From the NCBI GenBank assembly GCA_030583825.1, contig CP129477.1, positions 694,294-758,293 of the forward strand: DNA of 64,000 bases, written 5' to 3'. A program made the position numbers and the translations under genes. Shown in pieces: positions 47,244 to 56,911 of this stretch; position 1 is the first letter of the stretch; every line of letters starts with the position of its first letter. Source of the DNA: Candidatus Dojkabacteria bacterium (GTDB taxonomy: Bacteria; Patescibacteriota; Dojkabacteria; GCA-002793355). Under the pieces are notes generated by a model. It was not told the DNA's origin and made no database searches. It was given only the letters and a program-made list of their open reading frames with translations.

Positions 47244-48962
47244 CTATGGTTTCTTCTTGAGGACAAAGAAGACTCCACCGAGAATCAGGCCTCCTACGAG
47301 AGCTCCTACAGCAACAACAGTAACTATTGTTGCAATGGGAAGAGACGCTGATCCTTGGCTATCTTGCTCAGTATCTCCCGATACGGTCGGAGTTGGCGTA
47401 GTTGCATCTATTTCTTGAGTAACTGTCGGGGAAGCTACCGACGCGCTTATAGTTGCTGTAATAGGAGGAGTTACTGTTGCATTTGGATCAAACGGTGCAT
47501 TGCTTGGCAGGCGTGTTCCGCTGAGTGTTGGAACAGTCGTTGGGGTGCTTGCTGGCGTTGTTACTGTTGGATTTGTTGCGATTATTGTCGGCATATTCGT
47601 ATGTGAGGGCTGTACTGGAGGCGCGGTTGGTGCAGCTGTTGTTGGCACGATAGTTGTTATCAGTGGAGTTGCCGTGGTCATAACAGTAGTCACAACCGGA
47701 GTTGTAATTTGTGTCGGTTGCACTGTTTGGGTTGGCGCCGTGGTTTGTGTAGTAGTCGGAGAAATCGTCGTAGATGGAGCCAGGGTGCTTGTTGCAGTTG
47801 GCATTGTTGTGAGAGATGGAGAAGCTGATGGAGTTGCGGTTGCAAGTACCGTTGGAGTACTTGTAGGAATGTAATGATTTGCGAGAAATACGGGATCCAT
47901 ATAGTACGTGGAAGATAATGCGCCATACTTTTGGATTGTCTCATCAAAGTCAACAACAAAATCCCACCAGTTAGGAATTTTCTTTCCCTGATACACAAAG
48001 TTATTATTCATATTCGGCATATTTTGCATCCACCAGGTGAGGTAACCTCCCTGCGTGCATCCCCATCGTGTGCAAGTATACGCGGTTTTTTGGCCGGTTC
48101 CTTCTGGATTCCAATCTTCGCATGCGGTTAATGCAACAGAGTTGTTTCCATAGTCATAATCTGCTGCACCATTTGGTGGGAAGTGGACGTTTCCACAGCG
48201 TGCTGCTCGTGGAAATCCAACTTGGTCATTACCTCCAAAGCGATACCAAAAAAGCTCGATAGACTGTATATTTCCGAGAAGTCCTTCCATATAGTGTCCA
48301 AATGAGTGTTGTGCAAGATCATATGTTCGAGTTGTATCAAAACCCATAATTGCGAATGAGGATTCGCCATTACAAAACGGCGTATATGGTACAGTCACAT
48401 ACTGTAAGTTTGTGCGGAAAAGTGGACTAGAGATGGCATATTCAACCCCTGGGTTAGGGTCGTAACCAGTGCGCGGATCAACCCACATCCAAATTTGGTC
48501 AATATCGAGATCTTTTATCTGCTGGCAAAGATTATCTTCTGCGAGGATTGCGTTATATGTTGCAACCCAATCATTGTTAATATTTGGACGCGCTTTATTT
48601 CGATCTATAACTTTTACAATCTCTACTTGGATGCTTGGCGGTGCTCCTGGCGAAGAATATCCGCGAAATCTTGATGACTCACGAAGAGCATTCTGCAACT
48701 GGGCAGATAATGTATTTGGGTGGTTGATAACGTCAGATTGGCCTTTTGGAAAGTATCTCAGTTCAAGAACCTTCAGTGTGAGAGGGTAGGTTGTGGCTTC
48801 CGTACCTGGATCATCTGTTAAACGCGAATCTGGGACAACAATAATTGAAATTGCGACAAGAAGCACAATCGCCGTACAAATAGAAACAGCCGTAATTACC
48901 TGAGCTGGTTTAAACTGTCCTCGCGGTGGCAGAAATCGCCTGATTCTATCGCGTAAATTCAT
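47244..48962 (-). CDS. Surface protein with Cys-rich ectodomain, Thr/Pro-rich stalk and C-terminal membrane anchor
   Basis: It has an N-terminal transmembrane helix, a Cys/Trp-rich domain and roughly 200 aa of T/P/S/V low complexity (TTMPTATSTLAPSTTISPTTTQTTAPTQ...). The C-terminus has a transmembrane helix plus KKKP. Confidence 0.45.
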   Translation of the reverse strand: MNLRDRIRRFLPPRGQFKPAQVITAVSICTAIVLLVAISIIVVPDSRLTDDPGTEATTYPLTLKVLELRYFPKGQSDVINHPNTLSAQLQNALRESSRFRGYSSPGAPPSIQVEIVKVIDRNKARPNINNDWVATYNAILAEDNLCQQIKDLDIDQIWMWVDPRTGYDPNPGVEYAISSPLFRTNLQYVTVPYTPFCNGESSFAIMGFDTTRTYDLAQHSFGHYMEGLLGNIQSIELFWYRFGGNDQVGFPRAARCGNVHFPPNGAADYDYGNNSVALTACEDWNPEGTGQKTAYTCTRWGCTQGGYLTWWMQNMPNMNNNFVYQGKKIPNWWDFVVDFDETIQKYGALSSTYYMDPVFLANHYIPTSTPTVLATATPSASPSLTTMPTATSTLAPSTTISPTTTQTTAPTQTVQPTQITTPVVTTVMTTATPLITTIVPTTAAPTAPPVQPSHTNMPTIIATNPTVTTPASTPTTVPTLSGTRLPSNAPFDPNATVTPPITATISASVASPTVTQEIDATTPTPTVSGDTEQDSQGSASLPIATIVTVVAVGALVGGLILGGVFFVLKKKP

Positions 48963-49719
48963 GGTTCAGTATAGCGCAGTAGTTGATTTTCCGAAAGTGT
49001 TATACTATGGTATGGATGTATCTCAGCATGTTGTGGATATTTCAGAGCAGCGCTTCGGTCGCGCTCCTGACCAGGCAATTATGACAAAGCCTGTCGGTGC
49101 ACGGACATTCGTAACTGTCACTATTGAATCACGACGATACCTTTTTGTTTTTTGTACAAAAGAGCAGTGTGAGACAGATATTTTCTTTATGGAAACAATG
49201 AAAAAGCAAGGGATTGTTTCCCCTGATATTATCCATTCTGGACTACTTTTAGACGCTGGTTGGTACATAATTCCCGATATTCCAGTCCTTTCTCTTACGG
49301 AAAGAGAATCGCGTCGAGAGGAAATGACTCAGCTTCTCAAAAAACTGTATACCATTCCACTCAAAGGGGCGGGCTTTATTCACGGGACACATGAATTTTA
49401 CACAGTATCTCATGATTCGGTAGCAGCGTTTTTACGGGATTTTTCTTTTCAGCTAAGTAAAGAGTCTTTGTGGACACAAAAACTTGAAGAAACAGCCAAA
49501 AGACTGATGCCTGTATTGGTTCATGGAAATTTAGGTGCAGATGTATGGCATATATATCGCGATAAAGTATGTTTGTTATACCCAGGAAGTGTTGTTGCTT
49601 TATGCCCTGAATTTGATTACGCTGCATATTTATCTGTCCATAACGATACAAAAGATCTATTTTCAAGTATACCGATGAATGAAGAAGTCGTAAGCTTCTT
49701 TAGGGAAATGGGAGTCTAG
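48961..49719 (+). CDS. Hypothetical protein, possibly a kinase-like (APH/protein-kinase fold) pseudoenzyme
   Basis: VLVHGNLGADVWHIY resembles the HGDLHPGN catalytic loop with Asp replaced by Asn. The call is weak. Confidence 0.3.
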   Translation: MVQYSAVVDFPKVLYYGMDVSQHVVDISEQRFGRAPDQAIMTKPVGARTFVTVTIESRRYLFVFCTKEQCETDIFFMETMKKQGIVSPDIIHSGLLLDAGWYIIPDIPVLSLTERESRREEMTQLLKKLYTIPLKGAGFIHGTHEFYTVSHDSVAAFLRDFSFQLSKESLWTQKLEETAKRLMPVLVHGNLGADVWHIYRDKVCLLYPGSVVALCPEFDYAAYLSVHNDTKDLFSSIPMNEEVVSFFREMGV

Positions 49720-49729
49720 CAACTGTTAT

Positions 49730-50908
49730 TTACGTGTCGTCGTCTGGAATATACTTTTCAAGCTCTGTAAACAGGTTAATGCCGCCAAATCTGTATTGTG
49801 ATCCAATGGCATTCATCTTTTTTGTCAGTACTGCCGAGCGACGAAGTACTTCTTTTAACGCAATTTCTTTTACTTCCGGTAGATCCCAATAGCTCTCGGC
49901 ATAATTCTCCCTTAAAAACTTCTCTAGTTCGCGAGAGAGGCGATGTACCGCTGAGTTGGCAGAAGTATTCTCCAGCATATGTGAAAAGTGGAAGGTTATT
50001 GAGTTGAATTCGTCCCTGTCACGCCCTGAAATAATGATTATTGGCGCATTCGGGTTATCTTTATTTTCCGGTGCATAGTAAATATCGTCAACAATTTCTC
50101 CAATTGTTTGCAAAGAGTAGGGAAGGATAAATGGACGTAGTGGATGTTCTTCGTGTGTACTACCTATTGGCCGGTAAATATCCTCTGTTGGGGGAAGCTC
50201 AAATCCTTGAAAATGGCCCATTGAAAAATGACCATTATTACGAACATATGTTTTTGTGAGATCTTGAGCAGCAGTAATTCGTTTGTATTGTCCGCGTGCA
50301 CTTTCTATAACATTCTCTGAGTTGGGATTATCTTCAATGAGTCCAAAATAATCCATGCCGAGCAATGTAATGAGTTGTCCGGTGATAACGTCTTCAATGT
50401 TAATATGGATTACAGGTCTTTGGTTATACGGGTCATTTTGGATTTCTTGTGCAATGATACTAGCAAATTCGCGTCCTACGCCACTTATTCCCATAACAAG
50501 AGGTTTCGGTTCGCGGTAGTCATGGACTTCTCGTATTGCGGTCTGCCTCACAGTATACATTTGATACGCATGATCTATTTCAAAGGGGAAGCATTTGGCT
50601 CGGATGTCTCTTCCAAAGTTAAACAAGGAGCCTTCAACACGCGCCTTTCGCATGTATGTATGTCGGTAGGTACTTTCTGCTTGTGTATATGGGTGGAGGG
50701 TATTTGTTATATATGTAGGAACAACGAGTTCTGCGCTATCTCCTCCAATCTCCGCTGCGTTAATTTGAATATGGGGCGCGTTTGCGTTTTGGAGTTGGAA
50801 ATGAGTTATGTTCTCAACAGAAAGTCCTGCAGAAGCAGCAGAGTCAATAACATCCTCTGGTGAATACAGTTCAACAGCATTAATACGTGGTAATAAATTG
50901 TCCCCCAT
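49730..50908 (-). CDS. Hypothetical protein
   Basis: The 392-aa product contains a PLVMGISGVGREFASIIAQEI segment. It is part of a block of unknown proteins. Confidence 0.4.
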   Translation of the reverse strand: MGDNLLPRINAVELYSPEDVIDSAASAGLSVENITHFQLQNANAPHIQINAAEIGGDSAELVVPTYITNTLHPYTQAESTYRHTYMRKARVEGSLFNFGRDIRAKCFPFEIDHAYQMYTVRQTAIREVHDYREPKPLVMGISGVGREFASIIAQEIQNDPYNQRPVIHINIEDVITGQLITLLGMDYFGLIEDNPNSENVIESARGQYKRITAAQDLTKTYVRNNGHFSMGHFQGFELPPTEDIYRPIGSTHEEHPLRPFILPYSLQTIGEIVDDIYYAPENKDNPNAPIIIISGRDRDEFNSITFHFSHMLENTSANSAVHRLSRELEKFLRENYAESYWDLPEVKEIALKEVLRRSAVLTKKMNAIGSQYRFGGINLFTELEKYIPDDDT

Positions 50909-50944
50909 TCCGAATTATATCATCCCATAGTGGGAGAAATTACG

Positions 50945-52207
50945 CTAAGCTGCGTTGAGCGCGGCTTTTAGTGTCTTGACGTCGTTATAGAGTGATACGT
51001 ATGCAGCATAAATGTGTTCTTCGGTAACTGCTTTAGCAATATCTTCGTCCGAAATAAGCTTTTTTGCTTCTTTCATGTCGAGGTGCGGATACCTTTCTAT
51101 GGCGAGATCTCGTAGTACTGCGGCCTTCACTTTGTCTTGAAATCTTCGAAATCCAACCTGCCATGGGTAAATATTGTCAATTTTGATGATACTGCCGAAT
51201 TGAGCAATACATTGCAGCGTATACTGACGTCCTTGAATCAAAATAGTCGCATCTGATGGCAATTCTTCGTTTAATAGTGCAACAGCTCGCTGTGCGTAGC
51301 TAATTCCGCGTGCTTGAGAAGCCTCTGCAATTATTGGAACGGCTCTATCCATAAACCCGGCAGTCTGGTTCCATATGTCTTCATGTAACTTTACGGATAT
51401 TTCACCTTCATCCTGTATGTCAGGTGAATATTCTGCGACTGCACTTTTTGTTTCATCACTTTTCTTAGGCTGAATTGCTCTTTCAGAAGTTTCGATGCGC
51501 GCAACAAGTTCCTGAATACGTTCTGGGCTCAAAAGTAATGCTTGTACTTGGTCAGTGTCGAGTTTACCATCTTTTACAGTGAGGAGCCCATCTCGATACG
51601 CCTGATAAATAACTGCCCGACTGAGCATTCTAAAGTATCCTCCAAGTGAAACTTCATATACTTCGCCAAAAATGCCTGACTGTTTGAGTGCTGCCGCAAA
51701 TGAGTCTTTTCCATGACCACTTTTTCCAATGAGTCCAAGAATTCGTGGGTTTCTATCTTGTATTTCCAAGCAATGCTCAAGCATTACGTCAAAATCTTCA
51801 TGGGAAGATAGTGATGTTACGACATTTGGATCTTTCCATTCAGTATGAAGGCGGCGCAGCTCTCCTTTTTGAATGGCGTCTTCAACAGTAGGAGCAACTT
51901 TTTGTTCATCCAGTTCGTCTCGAAGCTCGAGAGATGCGCGTCCAAGCAACGATGCCACTAAAAGTGACGGAAGAAGTCCTTCTCCATGAGCGCCTACTTC
52001 GTATGGGCCATCATTTTCAGGATCAATGCTGAGAGCTTCTCTTACTTGCGGTTGATCTTCATGCGGAACACGTTCAATAAGTTCTTCAATAGTAATATGG
52101 GTTACTTCGACATGATTGGGGATAACAACGGTTTCTTCTGATACAGAAACACGAGGAAAAATAGCTTTGGAGTAGTGTGTTACTTCAGCAAGGTTTTCTA
52201 TTACCAT
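50945..52207 (-). CDS. Hypothetical protein with a cytidylate-kinase-like P-loop domain
   Basis: ILGLIGKSGHGKDSFAAALKQSGIFGEVYEVSLGGYFRMLSRAVI parallels the CMP-kinase stretch GPAGSGKST.AK.LA..LG...LDTGAMYRA. It is flanked by about 150-aa N-terminal and about 190-aa C-terminal regions of unknown type. Confidence 0.4.
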   Translation of the reverse strand: MVIENLAEVTHYSKAIFPRVSVSEETVVIPNHVEVTHITIEELIERVPHEDQPQVREALSIDPENDGPYEVGAHGEGLLPSLLVASLLGRASLELRDELDEQKVAPTVEDAIQKGELRRLHTEWKDPNVVTSLSSHEDFDVMLEHCLEIQDRNPRILGLIGKSGHGKDSFAAALKQSGIFGEVYEVSLGGYFRMLSRAVIYQAYRDGLLTVKDGKLDTDQVQALLLSPERIQELVARIETSERAIQPKKSDETKSAVAEYSPDIQDEGEISVKLHEDIWNQTAGFMDRAVPIIAEASQARGISYAQRAVALLNEELPSDATILIQGRQYTLQCIAQFGSIIKIDNIYPWQVGFRRFQDKVKAAVLRDLAIERYPHLDMKEAKKLISDEDIAKAVTEEHIYAAYVSLYNDVKTLKAALNAA

Positions 52208-52369
52208 GTAAATGCTGGTTAATTAATTTGCTTCACACTGTGCGGTTTCGCTTGTTTATTCCCACCTTAAGGCTCTAAAGTAGTGAACTATCTATTCAAA
52301 GTTTCTCTTAAGGGGAAGTTCCGCAAAATCACAAAATTGCAGTATTGTATCAGAAGAAATATGACTTTT

Positions 52370-53203
52370 CTAGCTATTGCCGGAAGAAAAGACACTCTTA
52401 GCGAAAGTGAAAAGTGTCAGAGCTGGGGAGGGGATAATGTCGGTTTGATAGAGAACCATTGGATTTTCCCAAATTTGTTGCGCAGTCCATTCGTGCAACT
52501 CAGAGACTGCGCGTAAAGGGATTCTCAGCCGCAAGGGGAGGGAATTCTGCTCGTCCATGGCAATATCGTTCCAGCCAAGATATCGCGCAATTTGATCTCT
52601 AATAAACTTGATAAAGTTTTCTTCGTCATGTTGAATTTCTTTATGGTCAAGGCTATTCAAGTGTCTTTTTTCTAAATCTGCTAGGGCAAAGTATGATTGT
52701 GCAGCCGAGTTACGTCCTACACTGCGAATAAAAGAAAAATACTGTAATGCTCTCGAAAGGTACTGCAGTGCTTTTTCTCCATTATTCGTCTTAGTAATTA
52801 TTCGATGCATAATAAATCCCTGTGTGTCGGCGATCCCACGTAAGTAATTTTCTACATCTGAAAAAGCAATGTATTTGCCTTTTAATCTTCGTGTTTCAAG
52901 CGCTGCAAAAAATGAATCGGCCCATGATTGATCAAACCCATATTCATTCTGCAGCAAAATAAATTTTGCAATGGACTCGTGCTTGGCTGAAATATTTTGT
53001 ATAGATTTATACTTATATCCGGTGTCGTAATCGCTTTTAAACGCTTGGAATTCCTTCTCTGTACCGCTTTCTGCCAAGACTTCTGCCATTTCAAAGAAAT
53101 CGAGAGTCGTTGTTAAATCCTGTATCTCTTTTTTAGTGAGAAAAAGTCTCGCAAGAGTGTACTGAGGATCTTTTGTAAAAAGTGTGAGTAATGTATTTTT
53201 CAT
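52370..53203 (-). CDS. Hypothetical all-alpha protein (weak squalene/phytoene-synthase-like features)
   Basis: The product is 277 aa. YLRGIADTQGFIM and SYFALADLEKRHL are loosely reminiscent of isoprenoid-synthase motifs. Confidence is low. Confidence 0.3.
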   Translation of the reverse strand: MKNTLLTLFTKDPQYTLARLFLTKKEIQDLTTTLDFFEMAEVLAESGTEKEFQAFKSDYDTGYKYKSIQNISAKHESIAKFILLQNEYGFDQSWADSFFAALETRRLKGKYIAFSDVENYLRGIADTQGFIMHRIITKTNNGEKALQYLSRALQYFSFIRSVGRNSAAQSYFALADLEKRHLNSLDHKEIQHDEENFIKFIRDQIARYLGWNDIAMDEQNSLPLRLRIPLRAVSELHEWTAQQIWENPMVLYQTDIIPSPALTLFTFAKSVFSSGNS

Positions 53204-53206
53204 ATT

Positions 53207-54289
53207 TTGTCATTCTACCGTGATATAATAGCCGCATTCGAGATGATATACAATACGTCCAGAGAGGATCTCTGTCCTCTGCCTGAACACAACCCACTAC
53301 TCCCCGGCCTAGATGCGCTCACGCAAAAGCAGCGTCAAGTTAATGCGGACTATCAAGAAAGTCTTGAAAATCCTCCGCAAGCAGTGTCTGCAATTATTAA
53401 TGCAGGAGAAATCGAAGAAGGTCGTCTTTTTGGCGGAATAGTTACAAAACTTCATGAAACAACTGGACGTCAACCTGACGTAGAAAAAGATCAACGGTAT
53501 ATTTCCAGCAGTCTCGCGTTTGTAAATCAGATAAGCCAATATATTATTCCCCTTGGACGAGCAAGAGAGATTTCAGTACGTCTTGGCCGATATCTGTACC
53601 ACAACGGATTGTCTCATAACTTTGCACTGCAGCGTGTTCACTCGCCATCTTTACAATGGGAAGAAGATGAAAAATGGTTTCTTGCGAACAGAATTGTAAA
53701 AATTACCGGCTGGATTCAGGGGGTACAAGTGCTTTCTACGATTAATCTTGGAACACCGGACAATATGACAAAATCATTACGGTATGGCCACTATATCAAA
53801 GATATGAAAGTACTAACTCCTGACGACTACGAAGAGTATATGGAAAGAAAAAGAACAATTGTTTCTGGAGATTCATTGCGATTATTTGGGCGTGATAATT
53901 TTGTTTCAGTGCGAACAACCGGATACTATGTAGGAAAAATGCCAATTCGTGTGCCTTTGCTTTCACCAATATCCAGAGCAATCTTAAAGTATAGAACTGA
54001 CTATAAAAATATGCCTGTAGAACGGCCGTTTACTCCAGAAGAGTTCGAAAGCATCCAAGGCTCGCTTTTTGATCATAATAATCGGTTAACTATGCATCTT
54101 GGCGCTGCAATCGAAGTTACAAATAATCCGCCGTGGGGATGTGGTCTTGCATCTCCGCCGGACGATCCACTGTCTGCAGATGATATCGAAACCATAACCA
54201 ATGCGTATACAATGCAGGGTAATGATGTTCCTTCTCAATTGGAATGGGCGACTACGTTGCATAAAACGACACAAAAACGAGGTAATTAG
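53207..54289 (+). CDS. Hypothetical protein
   Basis: The 360-aa product has no recognised motif. It is divergent from the preceding gene across a 3-nt gap. Confidence 0.4.
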   Translation: MSFYRDIIAAFEMIYNTSREDLCPLPEHNPLLPGLDALTQKQRQVNADYQESLENPPQAVSAIINAGEIEEGRLFGGIVTKLHETTGRQPDVEKDQRYISSSLAFVNQISQYIIPLGRAREISVRLGRYLYHNGLSHNFALQRVHSPSLQWEEDEKWFLANRIVKITGWIQGVQVLSTINLGTPDNMTKSLRYGHYIKDMKVLTPDDYEEYMERKRTIVSGDSLRLFGRDNFVSVRTTGYYVGKMPIRVPLLSPISRAILKYRTDYKNMPVERPFTPEEFESIQGSLFDHNNRLTMHLGAAIEVTNNPPWGCGLASPPDDPLSADDIETITNAYTMQGNDVPSQLEWATTLHKTTQKRGN

Positions 54290-54295
54290 AAAATC

Positions 54296-54823
54296 TTAAT
54301 TACTAAATCTTCTATAGATCCTGACCATTTCCTCTAGTATTGGAGTAACGCGATCTTTAATTTCTTCAATTTGCTCTTGTTCAGACTTTTCGGCAATTTT
54401 ATCTGCAAAGCTAAAAAGGGCAGCGCGCTGTGTGATAATGAGTCCGAGAGTCGTAAGTGTTGGTTTAATTGCTTCTGACATGCGCGCTCCTCCAAATGGC
54501 CCATCAGACGTTCCAATAATTCCTACAACTTTGTCTTTGTACTCTTTGTAGCCTTGATCCAGCACATTTTTTAGCTCGCCGGGGAAACTTCGGTTATATT
54601 CCGGAGAAACTATGAGAATCGCATCAGATGTTTCAACAAGTTGTGGCCAAGGTACCTTTGCTGGAGATGGCTCCCATGTCAAACGAGTTGCATGCTCATC
54701 GGCAGTAGCGACAGTAATTTCTCCATAGTCCTGGGCAATTTTTACAATTGCAGGAAATAACTTGGCTGTGACGCTATTTTCTCTTCCTGTTCCAAGCAAA
54801 ATGAGGATCTTGGGCTGTTGCAT
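54296..54823 (-). CDS. NADPH-dependent FMN reductase (flavodoxin-like fold)
   Basis: MQQPKILILLGTGRENSVT...ILIVSPEYNRSFPGELKNVLD matches the NADPH-dependent FMN reductase family. The start is taken at the internal Met, because the track's upstream extension is hydrophobic and unlikely. Confidence 0.6.
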   Translation of the reverse strand: MQQPKILILLGTGRENSVTAKLFPAIVKIAQDYGEITVATADEHATRLTWEPSPAKVPWPQLVETSDAILIVSPEYNRSFPGELKNVLDQGYKEYKDKVVGIIGTSDGPFGGARMSEAIKPTLTTLGLIITQRAALFSFADKIAEKSEQEQIEEIKDRVTPILEEMVRIYRRFSN

Positions 54824-54950
54824 AGTGAAAAAGTCAATTAAGATACGCGCTTTGAGCCTGAGCTCGTGGAGTATTAATGATACGTGTTCAGTATGACATA
54901 GATCCTCGATTAGTTCAAGTATCTTTGAACTAGGGATGGTATAATACCAT

Positions 54951-56147
54951 ATGAAAAATGACAGGAAAAAGGTATTTGTTGCGCTTTCGGGAGGTGTGGA
55001 TAGTGCCACTGTCGCCGCAATCCTTATAGAGCAGGGCTACGATGTTACGGGCGTGTATATGAAGAATTGGTCATCAGACTTTGGTATTGCGAATAATTGT
55101 CCATGGGAAGAAGATGTTGCCGACGTAGAGAAGATTGCAGCGCATCTGGATATACCCTGGAGGGTATATAACTTTGAACGGGAGTACCGTGCTCGCGTAC
55201 TAAATTACTTTTTTTCTGAATATAAAGCAGGCAGAACTCCTAACCCTGATATCTTGTGTAATAACGCAATTAAATTCGATCTATTTTTGGAAAAGGCCAT
55301 TGCAGATGGTGCAGAGGCGATTGCGACAGGTCACTACGCACGAAGAGCAGGCTTTTCTTCTCGTTTTGAGTGGGAATATGATGCCATAGAGGGACTATAT
55401 ACTGCTGCAGATTCGCAGAAAGATCAGGGCTATTTTTTGCAGAGAATTTCGCGTGAGCAGCTTGAAAAAGCTACATTTCCTTTGGGAAACTTTGTGAAAA
55501 GTGAAGTTCGTGTACTCGCAAATCATTATTCATTGCCGGTTGCAGCAAAAAAAGACAGCCAAGGAATTTGTTTTATTGGCGATATTGATGTCAGAGACTT
55601 TCTAAAAAGAGAATTACATACAAAGCCAGGCGATATTATTGATGCAGATACAGACGAAAAGGTCGGTGAGCATAGCGGTTTATGGTTCTACACAATTGGA
55701 CAGCGTCATGGCATGGGAATAGGTGGACAGAAAACTCCATACTTTGTCGCAAAGAAGGACGCAGATACAAATATTCTTTACGTTGTGAAAGGAGCAGGGC
55801 ATACACTGCTTACTCCTAAAACAGTCGAACTTTCGGAGCTTCACGGAATTACTCGATTACCGGTAAGTGGACAGAAAATTTTTGTAAGTTTACGTTACAG
55901 AGAGCCTCCTCGAAAGGTAACGTTTCTGACGGACGAGCAGGGTAGTGCTGGAAAAATAGAGTATTCTGATACAGCATGGGCGCCGGCTCCAGGACAAAGT
56001 GCAATGTTGCTTGCCGATACAGTTTCGATGGAAATAGAAACTCCCGAGACGTCGGTCGAGCAGATAAAGAAAAAGTTACTGCGACAAGAGAAGTATCAGG
56101 AAGCAAAGCGATTTGTGCAGATTTACGGTGGAGGAGTTATCTCCTAA
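54951..56147 (+). CDS. mnmA: tRNA-specific 2-thiouridylase
   Basis: VFVALSGGVDSATVAAILIEQGYDVTGVYMKNW is the PP-loop SGGxDS motif, and the catalytic Cys is conserved (QGICFIGD). Confidence 0.9.
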   Translation: MKNDRKKVFVALSGGVDSATVAAILIEQGYDVTGVYMKNWSSDFGIANNCPWEEDVADVEKIAAHLDIPWRVYNFEREYRARVLNYFFSEYKAGRTPNPDILCNNAIKFDLFLEKAIADGAEAIATGHYARRAGFSSRFEWEYDAIEGLYTAADSQKDQGYFLQRISREQLEKATFPLGNFVKSEVRVLANHYSLPVAAKKDSQGICFIGDIDVRDFLKRELHTKPGDIIDADTDEKVGEHSGLWFYTIGQRHGMGIGGQKTPYFVAKKDADTNILYVVKGAGHTLLTPKTVELSELHGITRLPVSGQKIFVSLRYREPPRKVTFLTDEQGSAGKIEYSDTAWAPAPGQSAMLLADTVSMEIETPETSVEQIKKKLLRQEKYQEAKRFVQIYGGGVIS

Positions 56148-56184
56148 GTATTCATTAGTTTTCGCATGGGTTATTTGCTTAAAG

Positions 56185-56856
56185 CTATGCAATTTCTGCG
56201 CACTCCCAAATTTTGTTATGACTTTCAGGGTTTTCCATTAAGTCCAACATTATTGTGGCCAATTTGCTTCGAACGATTGTTCCAGAAACATTGCTTGGTG
56301 CTTCCTTCACCACGGCAACTTTGTCGGTTTTTTCTTCGTCGAGAAGTCCTCCTGGCCGAACAATAACATATTTTAAGCCTGAGTCTTTTACAGATTTTTC
56401 AATTTCGCCTTTTTGCTTCATAACGCTTCCCATAACAGTTTTGAAGAAGAGTTTTGCTGCTATTGTCAGGTTTTTGAAAGATTCTGCGACTCCAATGCTT
56501 GAAATAGTGAGGTACAAATGTCCTTTCGGAAGATATTTTGTGACCAATTTTGTGACTTCTATCTCGTTTGGCCGAAGGACATTATCCGATGCCATACAGT
56601 TTATAACGATGTCGGTTTTAGGCAAGAGATCTTTCATAAGTGGTTCGCTTGTTGCATCCCCAATAACTGTTGTGATCGGAAGGGACGTAAACGCTTCCTT
56701 TACAGTGTCGTTGCGAAGGATAATTGTGATTTTTGAATAGCCTCTGCGAAGTAGCTCGCTGAGAACAAAACGGCCGGTTCTTCCAGTAGCACCGATGAGC
56801 AAAATTGACGATTGTGTCATATGGTGTTGCCTTAAATTAATGGCTTCTCCCCTCAC
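56185..56856 (-). CDS. NAD(P)-binding NmrA/atypical-SDR-like protein
   Basis: The N-terminus ILLIGATGRTGRFVLSELLRRGY is a Rossmann GxxGxxG motif. The product is 223 aa. Confidence 0.55.
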   Translation of the reverse strand: MRGEAINLRQHHMTQSSILLIGATGRTGRFVLSELLRRGYSKITIILRNDTVKEAFTSLPITTVIGDATSEPLMKDLLPKTDIVINCMASDNVLRPNEIEVTKLVTKYLPKGHLYLTISSIGVAESFKNLTIAAKLFFKTVMGSVMKQKGEIEKSVKDSGLKYVIVRPGGLLDEEKTDKVAVVKEAPSNVSGTIVRSKLATIMLDLMENPESHNKIWECAEIA

Positions 56857-56911
56857 TCAAGGTGGATGTCCCTTTAGATATTCTAGTGTATGATAATGAT
56901 TGTTTCAAGAC

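Noticed and set aside
47355-47998. Plus-strand ORFs (Cys/Trp/Arg-rich and Val/Gly-rich) opposite the Thr/Pro-rich stalk region.
   Set aside because: They are antisense translations of the low-complexity ACN/CCN-rich repeat DNA encoding the T/P stalk.
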